Below are positions 34,673 through 47,060 of a DNA stretch of 64,000 nucleotides, piece by piece. Numbering within the stretch: position 1 is the first letter of the stretch; each line of letters starts with the position of its first letter. Origin of the DNA: Perkinsela sp. CCAP 1560/9 (lineage: Eukaryota; Protista; Euglenozoa: Kinetoplastea); contig CBFFSA010000001.1 in assembly GCA_965644495.1 (NCBI GenBank), positions 372,001 to 436,000 of the forward strand. The letters are read 5' to 3'. The notes under the pieces are model-generated. The model saw only the letters and a program-made list of their open reading frames with translations, was not told the origin of the DNA and ran no database searches. The translations under genes were made by a program, and so were the position numbers.

Positions 34673-37587
34673 CCTGAATACACCGAGCTTGCGGACAAAC
34701 CACGTCTTTGGTTGGGGGGGACAAACTACGTATGGGGGGGCTCCCCCGTGCTGCCATGAAAAGTCTTATTTAATAATAAAATGAACAAGGTACAGAAAGT
34801 CGTCGTCGCTGCGACAATTTGATGTTCATGCGCTCGTTGGCGCAGAGATACAGCCCTCGATGCGACAGCCGATATCATCGGCACAATCCGTAATGACGGA
34901 TGTCGCACCAAGGGGGTTAGCACGGACTCTTTCAAGAACAACAACACTGATATAGATCATTTAAGGAGGTTAAACTGTTTGCCATACTAATTTTCACACT
35001 TAGGTTAGGTTATCGTCGCAACGTTGCCTTAGGTTAATTAGCCGTGATTATCTTCCTAGCTTTTTTTTTTATCTTCCTAGATGGGCGTGGCTAGTTTTAC
35101 TGTTACTACCTAGCTAGTTTGAGACAACTTACCTGAAATTGCGAGACGAGCGGTACACCAGCTTCACGGTATACTAAATTAGTTTTCAACCAAACCAACA
35201 TCAAACACATAAAAACGAAATGCATCTTGCAGAAAAGAAAAGAAATAAAATCGGACAATATGCTGGCGGGGGGGTGGGGGAGATGGGGTGGGGGGAGGCT
35301 GGGGGGGTTACTCACTGTTTTCTCCTTCATATTTTACAGAAGCCTTAGATAATTCCAACTCCTGGATCTCTTGAGTTGGCATTTTTCGTTTCGTTTGCAT
35401 CTTCTTGGGGGTTGAAAATGCTGGTGATAGTTTTGAAGCTGGCAGTTTCTGTTTCTGTGATCTCTTTCGCAGTTTCTTTGGAGCTTCTCCTGTAGATATG
35501 GATCTCTTTTGTTCGTTTGGTAACATTTCTTTATCGGTCTTTGGAAGTGTATTTTTTGCATTTTTCTCCTGGTTGGTTTTTTCTGTTTTCTGCGACAGAG
35601 GAAGACCCCGCTACCAACAACAATGTTAACCCCCCCGCAAAATGGCCCTTGCCCCTCGACAAAAAGGGGGATAAAAAACTGAGTTTCGTTTTGAGACTAA
35701 AAAATCGGGCCTCTCGTCCTCAGTTGAATTTTTTTATCGACTCCCTTAAGAAGGAGAGGAGAAGAAGAAGACACGGAGGGCTAGCCGCTAGGGTAGAGTC
35801 TCCAAAAAAAACCAAATCATTCCGGATTGCTCCGGATGGTCACTGGCAAGCCAGACCCTTCACAGACAGATTTGGAAGTTCCGAGGCCGACGTTCTCTAC
35901 CAGTTTCCGCTTGTCCAAGGCGGCACCAACGTGCTGTTGCCAACACGCTGCGTCGACGAACTGTACGTCAACACGGCTTACCCAAGAGTTTTAAGCTGGG
36001 TAAGGGAGCTGGTTCCCTGAGGGGAGGGTCCGGGACGATCCTCCGAGTACTGGGCCTAGTTGGTTATCAGCCCAGCCTCTTAGAGTGAGGCCGCCGGGAA
36101 TATTGCGATGAGCGGGTTTGAACTCGCCTTCTGAGCACCATGTGCTTCAAACTTTGAGTTCTTGCCACTCCGCCACCTCCACCTCGTCACTGAGTGCAGC
36201 AACAAAACTGCGTTTGTTTGATTGCCTCGCTTATCCAATCATGACCTTTGGTGCCGCTTCGCTTTCCATATCCAACATAATGCTTCGGCAAACAGAAGTT
36301 GAGCTCAATATGATGCGAAGATTTTGCTATAATTGTGCTAAACTGGACGAGTTTTGACACTGCTACACTATCGAGTGACTTTATTGCGGCACTCCTCGTT
36401 TCTCCACCGTACATCGCGTTAGTCGGGCTAAAATTGTTGGTCACATTCTAAGGCACTCATTCATGTTTCGAGATCTTATTCAGTGGAAATGCAGCGATAG
36501 GAAACGAAATCCCTCACCAAGCGAAGCTTGCTTTCACGATCTGGACATTACCGAAGAACAAGCCCTCGTATACGCTCAGGATCGAGATCACTGGAAAAAG
36601 TTACGTGAAGATTTAAAGGTACCCACTCGCACCATTATCTGTCATAAACGCGGCACCCTTATCTGCCATAGAAACTCGCACCCTTATCTGTCATACAGCA
36701 CCCTTGTCTGTCATAATGCACCCTTATCTGTCATATAAGCCGCACCCTTATCTGTCATAAACCGATTAAAAAGAAGTCGACCCCTTCAAAAAAATTTCAA
36801 GGCCTAAAAAAGATTTCAACCCCTAAAAAAAAATCGACCCCTAAAAAAAAATTTCAACACCTTCCAAAAATTTACAATTTTGCCACACAGTTAACATAAA
36901 AAATAGGTAACCTCAATTGTGCTCCCGGTGAGGCCCCGGAGTTGCGAGAGGCCTCCATACCCCACAACTACCACCTTCCCCCCTATTTAGCGGGGGTCGC
37001 GCGAGCGACCCCTGCTCCTCTTCCTCTTTCTTCCTCTTTCTTCCTCTTTGCTCCTTGTTTAGGGTGACACTAATCTGTTGCTGGCTGTATCGCCGTTCCA
37101 GAAGGCTGGTCACTAGTCCAATTACTTCGCCGTCTACTTTCCGGTGGCGGACCAAGCGCTTTGACATTGTATTCTTCGCCGTTCGTTCGGCCAAGCGAGG
37201 GTCATACACGTAGCACTCGAACCGCTCCCGGATTACGAAAATTTGTATGTGTGCAAAGTTAAATCTCATAATCCAAAATCCAAATCATTCCGGATCGCTC
37301 CGGATGGTCACTGGCAAGCCAGGCCCTTCACAGACAGATTTGGAAGTTCCGAGGCCGACGTCCTCTACCAGTTTCCGCTTTTCCAAGGCGGCACCAACGT
37401 GCTGTTGCCAACACGCTGCGTCGACGAATTGTACGTCAACACGGCTTACCCAAGAGGTGTAAGCCGGGTAAGGGAGCTGGTTCCCTGAGGGGAGGGTCCG
37501 GGACGATCCTCCGAGTACTGGGCCTAGTTGGTTATCAGCCCAGCCTCTTAGAGTGAGGCCGCCGGGGATATTGCGATGAGCGGGTTT

Positions 37588-38017
37588 GAAGAAGAAGAAG
37601 AAGAAGAAGACACGGAGGGCTCTGCAGCGCCAACCGTTAGGGTAGAGTCTCAGGCCACCGACCTTCATCGTGTTGCTACCCCCTTCCCAGACGGCACTCG
37701 ACGCCTTGCGGCCCGAGCACGGCTACCCAACCGTAGCTACCAGGACGGGCGTCCACCCCGTTGCATCGTGTAGGCTGTGTCTCAAGCCTCCTTTGCGTAA
37801 GCATCTCGCAATTTATCGGCTGCGCTGGAGCCTGGTTCAGCTCGGCGGTTCCGGGTCGGTCCTCCAGGGGAGCGGGGTTGGGTGTGGGCCTTGAAGGCAC
37901 TCCTGATCGCTTTCCCTTTGCAGTGAGGCCGCCAGGTTGCGAGTTTTGTCGATAGCGGGAATCGAACCCACAACCTGCAGGTTGTAAGGCCCACCGTCTA
38001 ACAACTACGCGAGCACC
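37588..38017 (-). mobile_element. SINE-B nested in SINE-A
   Basis: TSD GCGGGTTT at 37580-37587 and 38018-38025. Confidence 0.85.
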
Positions 38018-38096
38018 GCGGGTTTAAACTCGCCGTCTGAGCACCATGTGCTTCAAACTTTGAATTCTTGCCCCTCCGCCACCTCCGCCCCTTTTT

Positions 38097-38137
38097 AGCT
38101 TCTCATACCAACAAGGTACAGAAATTGCATCTTTATC
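38097..38137 (-). ncRNA. Spliced-leader RNA fragment (exon 3' part plus first 12 nt of intron); a retrocopy, not a full gene
   Basis: GATAAAGATGCAATTTCTGTACCTTGTTG|GTATGAGAAGCT matches the kinetoplastid SL consensus ...CAGTTTCTGTAC....TTG|GTATGAGAAGCT. Confidence 0.8.
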
Positions 38138-38570
38138 GTTAAATCTCATAATGGGAACGAATATAGCGACAAAGCTGATGTCTTGGCTCTCTCGGCGTCA
38201 CGAAGACCTTTAAAATCACAAGCGGCAAAGAGGTTGAAGACGATAAAGGCTCCTTCTTCTTCTTCTGACCCCGTATCCTCGCCAGAAGTGACACTCATAT
38301 TGCGCCCAAGAAGGAATGTTGACACTATTTCATCCATACGCAAGAATCCAGCGCAAGAATCAACACCAGCTTGAACCCAGGACCTCGTACACTAAAACAA
38401 CTTCAAAACAATGGGAAAATCTTTTTCTAAAGGAGGTAAACAAGGGGTTCTACGAAACCCTACAGTGCATTGAAGAAGGGCGGCAACGATTTCCAATCGG
38501 GCCAAATGAAACCCACATTTATACAGATGGAGCACGAATCGTTAAAAAGGATGAAACTCACACAGGTTGT
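38138..38570 (+). pseudogene. End of one RNase H domain, linker, and start of a second RNase H domain
   Basis: VKSHNGNEYSDKADVLA then, in a shifted frame, LQCIEEGRQRFPIGPNETHIYTDGA. Confidence 0.7.
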
Positions 38571-38699
38571 GCCCGCCCATCGCAATATTCCAGGCGGCCT
38601 CACTCTAAGAGGCTGGGCTGATAACCGAATAGGCCCAGTACTCGGAGGACCGTCCCGGACCCTCCCCTCAGGGAACCAGCTCCCTTACCCGGCTCGTTC

Positions 38700-38950
38700 C
38701 GTCGTGGGCTCCAAAAGAGCCTTAGGAGAGGCAGAGCACATTGCCTGTTGAGATCTTTCAATTTCTCAGGGAAGGAGATCACTTTTGAGGTCTTAGATAG
38801 GACCCATTCTTCCTCCCTGTCCTCCGACTCCCAAATGAAAGCCCCCAGAAGTTTAACCCCCCCGGGGAGTGAATCATTCTGATTCCGGAAAACTCAGAGA
38901 AGAGGTTGTGCTCCCTCGTGGCCACTTTACATTTGGCCGCGTTTAGGCGC
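38700..38950 (-). pseudogene. Probable CRE-like RT fragment (another at about 40540-40625)
   Basis: GLRLNAAKC motif; DPMAPILFAIGIQ in the second fragment. Confidence 0.5.
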
Positions 38951-39051
38951 AACCCAATCCAATCCAATAAGACCGACTTAAAGTCGGTTGAAAAACTTAA
39001 CACTGTCACCTTGAAAGCTTTCATCTATCACCTCCAAGTTCGTTATTATAA

Positions 39052-39510
39052 GGTCGGAACTGTCCCTCTTGTCGCTGAAGCAGGGGGCGCGCTTTCACCC
39101 CTTCACCCCTCCCCGACTCACTCCCCTGGAGTGAGTGTGCTTCCCCCTCTCGGCTTTTTTCGACTTGTCTTTTTCCTCTCCGAGAGGGACATGCGTCATG
39201 GTGGCCTCCCTTGAGGACCACTAGACGTGTCCTCCGCCGACGAGACTCGGTTCTCTGCACCTGGCGGTCGCCCAGCTCTCCGCACCTCGGCTCTGTCGCA
39301 GCTCTCTGCACCCGGATTGCCCCCGAAACTGTAATATGGGGATTACGCATCCGGCTCTCTGCACCTGCACATGACAACCGAGCTCTCTGCACATGCACAT
39401 GACAACCGAGCTCTCTGCACCTGGGACGCCAGCTCTCCGCACCCGCACACCTCCGGCGAGGACGAAACCTCACGTGATCCACCCGTCGTATGCGGGATAA
39501 GGACATGGTG
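39052..39510 (+). repeat. Homolog of the 21086-21680 retroposon body, with internal tandem repeats
   Basis: Shared GGAACTGTCCCTCTT, CATGGTGGCCTCCCTTGAGGACCACT and CACCCGTCGTATGCGGG. Confidence 0.7.
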
Positions 39511-39681
39511 AGTAAATCTCTGCACTATAAGTGCATGATAAAACAAGCGTACTTAAGTATGTAATATATGTGTGTGATGCGGTACAAAAAAACAATATTT
39601 TTCCCATAACCTACAAATAATCCCTCCAAGTTTACAAAAATGCGATTCCATCAATTCTTTCCTTACTTGGACGGTTTGGCA

Positions 39682-40170
39682 CCCGCACATTTATAATGCA
39701 TATTAAGCTGCACATTGCTAATGCATATAGCACATTTATAATGCTTATAACAATAGTGATTTTTTTGGACACCTCAACTTATTTTTTTTTGCAGCATTCA
39801 CCGGTTTATGTCGCAGACGGGTAAACAAGGTCTGGGGTTATTGGCCAGGCCGGCCCGGTTCGGCCTCTCATATTCCCCAAAACAACTACCACCTTCCCCC
39901 CATTTATCAGGGGTCGCTCGCGCGACCCCCGCTAAATAGGGGGGGAAGGTGGTAGTTGTGGGGTATGGAGGCCTCTCGCAACTCCGGGGCCTCACCGGGA
40001 GCAAAGGTGAAACCCATTTGCGTCCCTGGCTAAATGTGTTTTTCGGCTAGTCCGCCTGGTGGAAATGTTTTGTGCTATATGCATTATAAATGTGCTATAT
40101 GCATTATAATGTGCCGTATTAATATGCATTATAAATGTGCCTTAATATGCATTATAAATGTGCTGATGGG
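39682..40170. mobile_element. Foldback-type element with inverted subterminal repeats and a central ~110-nt hairpin (39862-39973)
   Basis: GCACATTTATAATGCATAT repeats at left, their reverse complement at right; half-hairpin copies at 24931, 30064, 36920. Confidence 0.65.
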
Positions 40171-40629
40171 TTTCCTATTACCGCCAGTTCTCGCAACCTT
40201 ACCTCGGAGCACACTCCGTGCCTCAGCTTCGCGCTTGGATGCAGGAATGTCTCGCGCTGGCCCATTTACAAGGGATTTCCTTTTGAGTAAGGCCTTTAAA
40301 GGCCATAACGGCTGTGAATTCTCCTCATTTTCCGATTTGTCAGTTGGGTTTCTCCTTTTTGGTATCGGAGGCCAAGCCACTTTACGCGCTGCTAAAAGTG
40401 CTAGGCTCTGCCTCTTCATTCCATGTATTTCCAATGTGCGCCCTTACGTTGCACAAGTATATGGTATAAGAATTAAAATTTAGGAATCGAAGCTGAAGAT
40501 CCACATCATGCATCAAGTCACCATTTTTTATTCCACTTTATCCCACTATAGCCTGTGAACTTGGCTGCCACCTTGGAAATCGCCCTTTGAATCCCGATGG
40601 CGAAGAGGATTGGGGCCATAGGGTCCCAA

Positions 40630-41930
40630 TTTATAACCACTTTTAAAGTGGTTTGCGATTTCTTTTCAAACATAGGAAACGACGATCGGGGAAACCGAGA
40701 CATCGAATTTGACGAGGCGAGGAAATCATTGATTCCAATAAGAGATGAATGGTTTACCGAAGAAGAGTTTCAGATTAGAGCCCCCAGGCTAGCACGAAAC
40801 AAAGCCCTTGGAATTGATGAAATACCCGTCGAAGTGCTTATTATGATGGTGGAACACGGAAAATTACGGCGCACACTCCCTGATCTTATCAATAATGTCT
40901 CCGAAACTGGTGTTGCCCCCGGCTGTTGGAAGAACGTGCTACAAGTTTCAATTCCGAAAAAGGGTAATCTTACTCAAATCAACAATTGGCGCCCCATATG
41001 CCTTGTCAAAAGCGTGGTCAAACTGATGATATTGCAGCGCATTCGGCCTTCGATTGAATCAGTGCTTCGCGGGAGTCAATTTGGTTTTCGATCAGAACGA
41101 TCGACTGCAGGGGCTCAGCGGTTGCTTAATGAAACGAAGACTCGAGCATCCAGAGATAAATCGGGAATCCAAGAGGTGAGGTTGCGGGGTATTAACTGTG
41201 CTGATGAAATTGCCCTGCTGGCTCCCACAAAGGGTGAACTGTCAAAGATGATTGACTCTACCGCACACGAAGCGAAACAAGCTAATTTACACATCGCCGT
41301 TGGCCAGAATAAAACTGTTTGGTTGGCTTTTGGAAAAATTCCTGGTGGGACGCGCGATCTACGTAGTAACTCATTCGGCAAGATTCCATATGTCGACAAA
41401 TACCGTTATTTAGGGAATATGCAAGATGCGTCCAACTATTCTTCTTCTGTGAAAGATAGGCTCCGACTAACGTGGGCAGGGTTTCGGAAACTCAAGGGCA
41501 TTTGGGAATCACCACTGAGCGTGGCGACAAAATTGCCATTATTTGACTGGTATACCCCGTACTCACATTTGGAGCAGCTGCTATAACGATTCCTAATTAC
41601 ATGATTCGCTCAATTGAGGTTGAAATCAATATGATGCGGAGATTCGCTTGTCAATGCGCGAAGCTGGACGAACTTGGGCACTGTTACCCACTGGAGTCTC
41701 TGTATTTTGGAACGCCACGATTCTCAACCGTGCACCACGTGAGCCGCGTAAAGCTTGTTGGCCATACCCTCCGACATTCCCCGACTTTTCAGCACCTTCT
41801 AAAATGGAAATGCCGAGAAACACCACGCACTATGTCACCAGCTGAGGCATGCATTGGAGACTTAGGGATAACTCTGGAAGAGACCTTAGTATACCCCCAA
41901 GATCGCGATCACTGGCGCACTCTGCTATAG
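40630..41930 (+). pseudogene. LINE RT relic with internal deletion
   Basis: IPKKGNLTQINNWRPICL, QFGFRSERST, INCADEIAL, YRYLG; QG motif region missing. Confidence 0.88.
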
Positions 41931-43119
41931 TTTGCAGCAAACACTAGGACCACTGCCGAATAATACTCGCGTTATAACATCACAATGGAAGTCTCTGTAA
42001 GCGTGGCGTCGAAAAGGAAAACTTATGTGATTTACAATTCTTGGAAGAAGGTAGCGACTCATTCCCTATTAAAGATAAAGAAGCTCATATTTACATAGAT
42101 GCACCCGTAACTGAAGTTTCCTTCAGTTAAGAGTTTTACAGTTTTATCAAAAATAGTATAGTTCTTTCCGCTTCTGGCCCCGATTTCTTTACGGAAACTT
42201 TTCAAACAACGTCTCGTTTTGAAAATTTCATAATTCCTCATCAATTGTATGTGAGTATTGAACTTTAGTACTTAGCTAAAATATCCGGTTTTAAACCGTA
42301 GCAATCACGACAGCATCAACGAAACATTTCCACACTTTCCAATAAGTGAGCCCAGATACAATTATATTTTGTTAAGGCACCCTATCACTGCTTTCTTCAG
42401 ATTCATTAGCTCTCGTTTTATGTAGGACTTCTTTCTTCTTTCCCCCTTTTTTCTTTTCCCCTTTCACCGTGCATTTTGATGATGATCCACCTTTTTCATT
42501 CGTAGACAACTTGCGTGTAGTTACCAATTTTGATTTCAGAACTATATGATTGGTGTTATCATGGATTTCGCCTGACGAATGGGACCTTTTTATTTGCGGA
42601 AATCTTTTCTTCAATGCTTTATCAGTCTTGTCTTGAAGTGTGCATGGTTTTCTTCCCTCGCTGCGTAAATCTTTTTGCTTTTTCTGCGTTTCTTCCGGTC
42701 GTACGTTTCTTGAGCGCTTGTCCGAGGATGCATTGTCCTTTGATGGCCGGACAATGTTGTGCTTATTTTTTTGTTCCTGCGACGAAATTTCTTTTGTATT
42801 TCGTGTTTTATAACGCTACCTTAAACATTTAGCAGGCCGAAGTGCTACTAAATTGTCAGGGAATCCGCACTGTCATTGTAGGGATTTTCGTTTTGCGCTT
42901 TTACTTTGACACAAAAAATCCTTTTAGTAACTCGAATGCTCGAATATGTTTTCTGAAGCTGTGTAAGAAGTTCGTTTCCCTCAAAAGCTAAGAACCCGAT
43001 GAGACGATATATTTGCATGACGTTGTGGAAAAAATTCCATATGTATTCAGAATCAGTATGTAGGAAGATGTCGTTGCCATAATAATTCGCTTGATTAAGA
43101 GCCTCGATTGCCGCATAGG

Positions 43120-43320
43120 CTTCTACTGCAGGTGCTGAGTGGGAAGCTTGTGTTGGCGGTCTAGTTCCGGATGAGAAAGTACAAAATGGAAAGGTATTAA
43201 AAGACCTTGATTTTGAGATTCGTTCCCTACAAGCTAAGAATATAAAAAGTTATGCGAGTAAGGTGAAATCACACAATGGTAATCCCCACAATGAAAAAGC
43301 GGATGCGTTAGCACTTGCTC
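43120..43320 (+). pseudogene. LINE RNase H fragment
   Basis: Own translation: NGKVLKDLDFEIRSL...SKVKSHNGNPHNEKADALAL. Confidence 0.7.
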
Positions 43321-44299
43321 TCGTAAGCCTGTTCCTTCCCTATAAATTAGGAGGAAGAAAACGTTAAATAAGAATACGGAGGAGCTTGTAGACTCTCCCC
43401 AAAAGAAGGGCATATTACGTCCAAAAGCTAATGTTCAACGTGTTGCCAAAAACAAACGCAAGATATCTAACACTGGGGGAGAACCGGTCAACAACAGGGG
43501 CACATTACTTCCCACTAGTACTGGAGTAAAATCGTCGGAAGAGAGTGATGAAGCTCATAATGTTGAAAAAGATAAAAGTTATGAACAATCAAGAGTGCTT
43601 CTCTAAAAGGTGGATAATGAGAGGGAAGATTCACCTAAGAGGAAGGTGTCTTCACGAAAAACAAAATAGTAGTTTTATCAGCCAATGTAAATCGGCCTTT
43701 TTGGATTGGATTGGACTTCTGGAGGTAAAAGTCCCCGTTTGCGAGCAAGGCCCAACTGTGAGCGTAGCCCTGGGACATAATTATATTTTTTGGCGACTCG
43801 CGCGCTCCAGCGCGCGGGTCGTGCACTGAGGACCTATGTCTGCCACTTCCGCAGGATTGCGTATTTTTAATTTTCTATTCGCTTATTCATCGACGAAGTG
43901 GCAGCCACTTTTTTTTATCAATCAAAGAGGTAGAGAAGTACCCGAATTATTCATAGTTTTACCTTAGTTTGTTAGGACTCGAGGGTAAACTCGACAAAAG
44001 ATACTTTGGCCCCCCGCTCTTAGTGCCGCGGTGAACTTGTAGTGCCGCATCACTTATAGTGCCGTTTTGAAAAATGACGAAAAGAGTTGTCCGAAAAAAA
44101 ACTGACCATTTTTTTGACCAAAAAGGTTGAGTAAAAGTGGTGTAAATTTCTAATATTTTCATTTACGGAAATCATTGAAACGTTATGCTTAGTTCCCTTC
44201 ATCCATTCAATGACTGCTGATTCTCACGAAAACGAGGTGCCAGACAAAGCGCAAACTCGTGGATCGGCGATTTCAGTCCCTTTGGGGCAGCCGTCTTGG

Positions 44300-45461
44300 G
44301 GCAAATGCTATCACATGTCAATTGCTCGTCAGGTCGGATACAAGGAATTACAATTCATCGAAGAAGGAAAAACAGCGTTTCCCATCAGAGAGAATGAAAC
44401 ACATATTTACACTGACGGGTGGCTTATTTACAAAAAGAATCAACAACTCCAGTGATGCGGCATCGTAATTCTGAGAGGAAGCGAGCGCACACAGTTTAAG
44501 GGGATGAAACCTCCTCTAGAATATTCCAGCTCAATTCAATCGATCGAATCATATGCAGCAATTGAGGCCATAAAAGGTGCACAATCGTACGAGGGAGACG
44601 TCATCTTACACACAGATTTTAAATATATGGGAATTCTTTAACGAAATTGTTCACAGATACATGTATAGGCTCATAGGTTACCAATCCTTCGAAGACGGTA
44701 AGACAATGGAATTGCTAAAAGATGCTTACTTTTACATTAAGACCAACAGAAATTTTTATTGCGTAAAAGTAAAATCCCATAACGAAAATTCATACAACGA
44801 CACAGCCGACTCCATGGCGAAAGAGGCTTTTGAGCTAGCAAAACACGAGCTTTCTGTTAAGTATTTGGGAGACGTGCTGTTTCTGGAAGGGAAAAGAAAG
44901 ACGGGTCAAAACCTGGGTCCCCGCTTAGCTAAAACTCAGCGTAAGCGACAAGGTGCCAATACAGAACAATCTCAGCCAACTGAAAAAACGTTCAAGGAAC
45001 CGCTGTCTGCAAAATCCAAAATACGCGGAAACTGTCAAAAATACATATAAGAAAAACGATAAGATATTAACGATAAGATATTAAACGATAATACGTATAA
45101 GAAAAACGATAATCAGGAAAGCAGTGATCAACATACCGTCAAACGATCTAGGAATTCGACGCGCAACATGACCTCAACTGTGTTAAATACGAAAAAGCAG
45201 AAAAACAAAGATTCTGTCCCAGAGCCTCCACGAACAGCTCGACCTAATACAAATATACTAGTAAAAGCGCGTTCGAATCATCCGCAAAAGAAGAGGTTAA
45301 AAGATACAGGAGAGGAAGATACCAAAGTTTCAACAGGTGAAAAACTCAAAGAAGGTCGTCATAAGACTACGAAAACAACGCAGGTATTGTTAAGTTCGAG
45401 ATCGAATACAGGGGGGAAATTAAGTTATGTCAACAAAAGTCGTGTTAATTTCTGGGATTAA
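44300..45461 (+). pseudogene. Second RNase H domain plus basic C-terminal tail of a LINE relic
   Basis: LQFIEEGKTAFPIRENETHIYTDG...YCVKVKSHNENSYNDTADSMA; frameshifted. Confidence 0.75.
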
Positions 45462-47060
45462 CACGACTTTAAGGAGGTGCAATTTAGTTCCAATAATTTC
45501 TTTGTATCGCTGCATGATTCAGAATACAGATGAGAACTAACCCGTTTGCTGTCGTGCTCACATCGGTAAGTGCCTTACACAGCAAACGAAAGCTAAGTAC
45601 TGAGGTGTCATAGGGATCGAATGATTAGGATCCATAAAATACAAAGTCTGTTTGTTTTTGAAAAATTTTCTGTAAATTAGCCCCGCGCGGTTAGGAGGAA
45701 GGGTGTATGTTCAGAAGAAAATTGTAAATCCATTAACTGGGAAATTTTCCCAGTGTTGGCTGGTTGGTAAGCCGTGTTGAAGTACTATTCGTCAGCGCAA
45801 CGTGTTGGTAACATCACGTTGGGAGTAGTAGTAGTAGTAATACACAGGGCCATTTGTCTCCGAAGAGATATGGCCCCCTAGTTCCAGCCTAGGTCCGCTG
45901 TGCGGATGCTGATGCTCGAAGCATCTGTACCAACACAGGAGTAATCTCAACCATAGAGGGCACACACCCGACTTATCCTCCTATGAAAGGAAGCCACTAA
46001 TTAACAGCTCCAGGGCAGGAGGGGTTCGCTACCCCCCAGCGTGGATTAACAAGTTAATCCACTACTCTGCCTTAATTTGTTGCGTGGAAACTACCCTAGT
46101 TTCTTGACGTCTTGTTGTGCTGACACCGGGTAGCTCCACAACATGGGAGATAGGGGCGCCGAAGGGCGGCGAAAAGAGGCGCGGTGGAGATCGAAAGGGC
46201 GGGGGAGAGTGCAGCGGCGGGAGAGCGCGGCGGGGAGCGCGACGGAGAGAGTGGCGGTGAGAGAAGTCGGCGAAGGGGGCGGCGAAGGGGCGACGAGGGG
46301 GGCGGCGAAGGGCGGAGAAGGGGGCGGAGAAGGGGACGGAGAAGGGGGGGCGAAGAGGGCGAAGGGGGCGGTGAAGGGGCGGCGAAAAGGGCGGCGAAGG
46401 GGGATGAAAGGGGCGGCGAAGCAGGGGGTGAAGGGGGGGCAGGAGCACAGGAGGGGGGCCAGGAGGGCGGCGCTGGTGGTGGGTAAGCGGGGCGGCGAAG
46501 GACGCGCAGGAGGGGGGGGCAGGAGGGCGGCGCTGGTGGTGAGCGGGGCGGCGAAGGACGCGCAGAGCAGTGGGCGGGGAGGGCGGGGGGCGAAAGGGGG
46601 GGGCGACGAAGTCAGCGCAGGAGGGGGGAAAAGAGGCAGCGAAGAAGGGGGCGCAGGGTAAAATGGTGTTGTGTAAATTTTCAACAAGGTAATTTTTCAA
46701 TATTGATCCGATTCGCTCCCATCGGGTCAATTGGGCATCCCTTCATCATGGGGTATTTTATCTCGCCGAACCAAGTTTTTCTCAAAAAACTTGCGTAAGT
46801 GCCCGATCGCTTGTAAACCGGGGGACGGAATAATATTAAGTTGTTGAAACTTAATAATAACTTGACAACTTAATAATAACCTGTCAAACCTAATAATAAC
46901 CTGTCAACGTTGTGAAACTTAATATTAACTTGTCGGCGGGTTATTATTAAGTTTGTAATAAAATTAACAAATTGTTTTTTTATGTATGCAATCTTTAACA
47001 ATATTTTTTTTATCTGAATCTTTACCCGACTTCATAAACTTCATAAATCTTTCTTTACCT

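Larger units (their letters stand above)
20435..38091. repeat. Tandem array of a ~5.2-kb composite unit built from TE fragments (at least 3.5 units; contains an assembly gap)
   Basis: Identical ORFs recur with period 5218 (26150 to 31368; 27257 to 32475); unit 1 differs by indels. Confidence 0.95.
37273..38137 (-). mobile_element. Chimeric retro-insertion: SL RNA 5' part fused to SINE-A, with nested SINE-B, inside an RNase H sequence
   Basis: 15-bp TSD GTTAAATCTCATAAT at 37258-37272 and 38138-38152; RNase H reading VKSHN continues GNEYSDKAD after the insert. Confidence 0.82.

Noticed and set aside
22231-37994. Numerous 60-170 aa ORFs recurring in the array
   Set aside because: They run across SINE, microsatellite and fragment junctions; recurrence reflects DNA duplication
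41985-42057. RNase H1 hybrid-binding domain (VASKRKTYVIYNSWKK)
   Set aside because: Too short and degenerate to support without a profile search
46062-46730. Pro-rich or Gly/Arg-rich proteins (also 62151-62654)
   Set aside because: Low-complexity GC tract open in several frames on both strands; the two relatives share no alignable peptide in the tract
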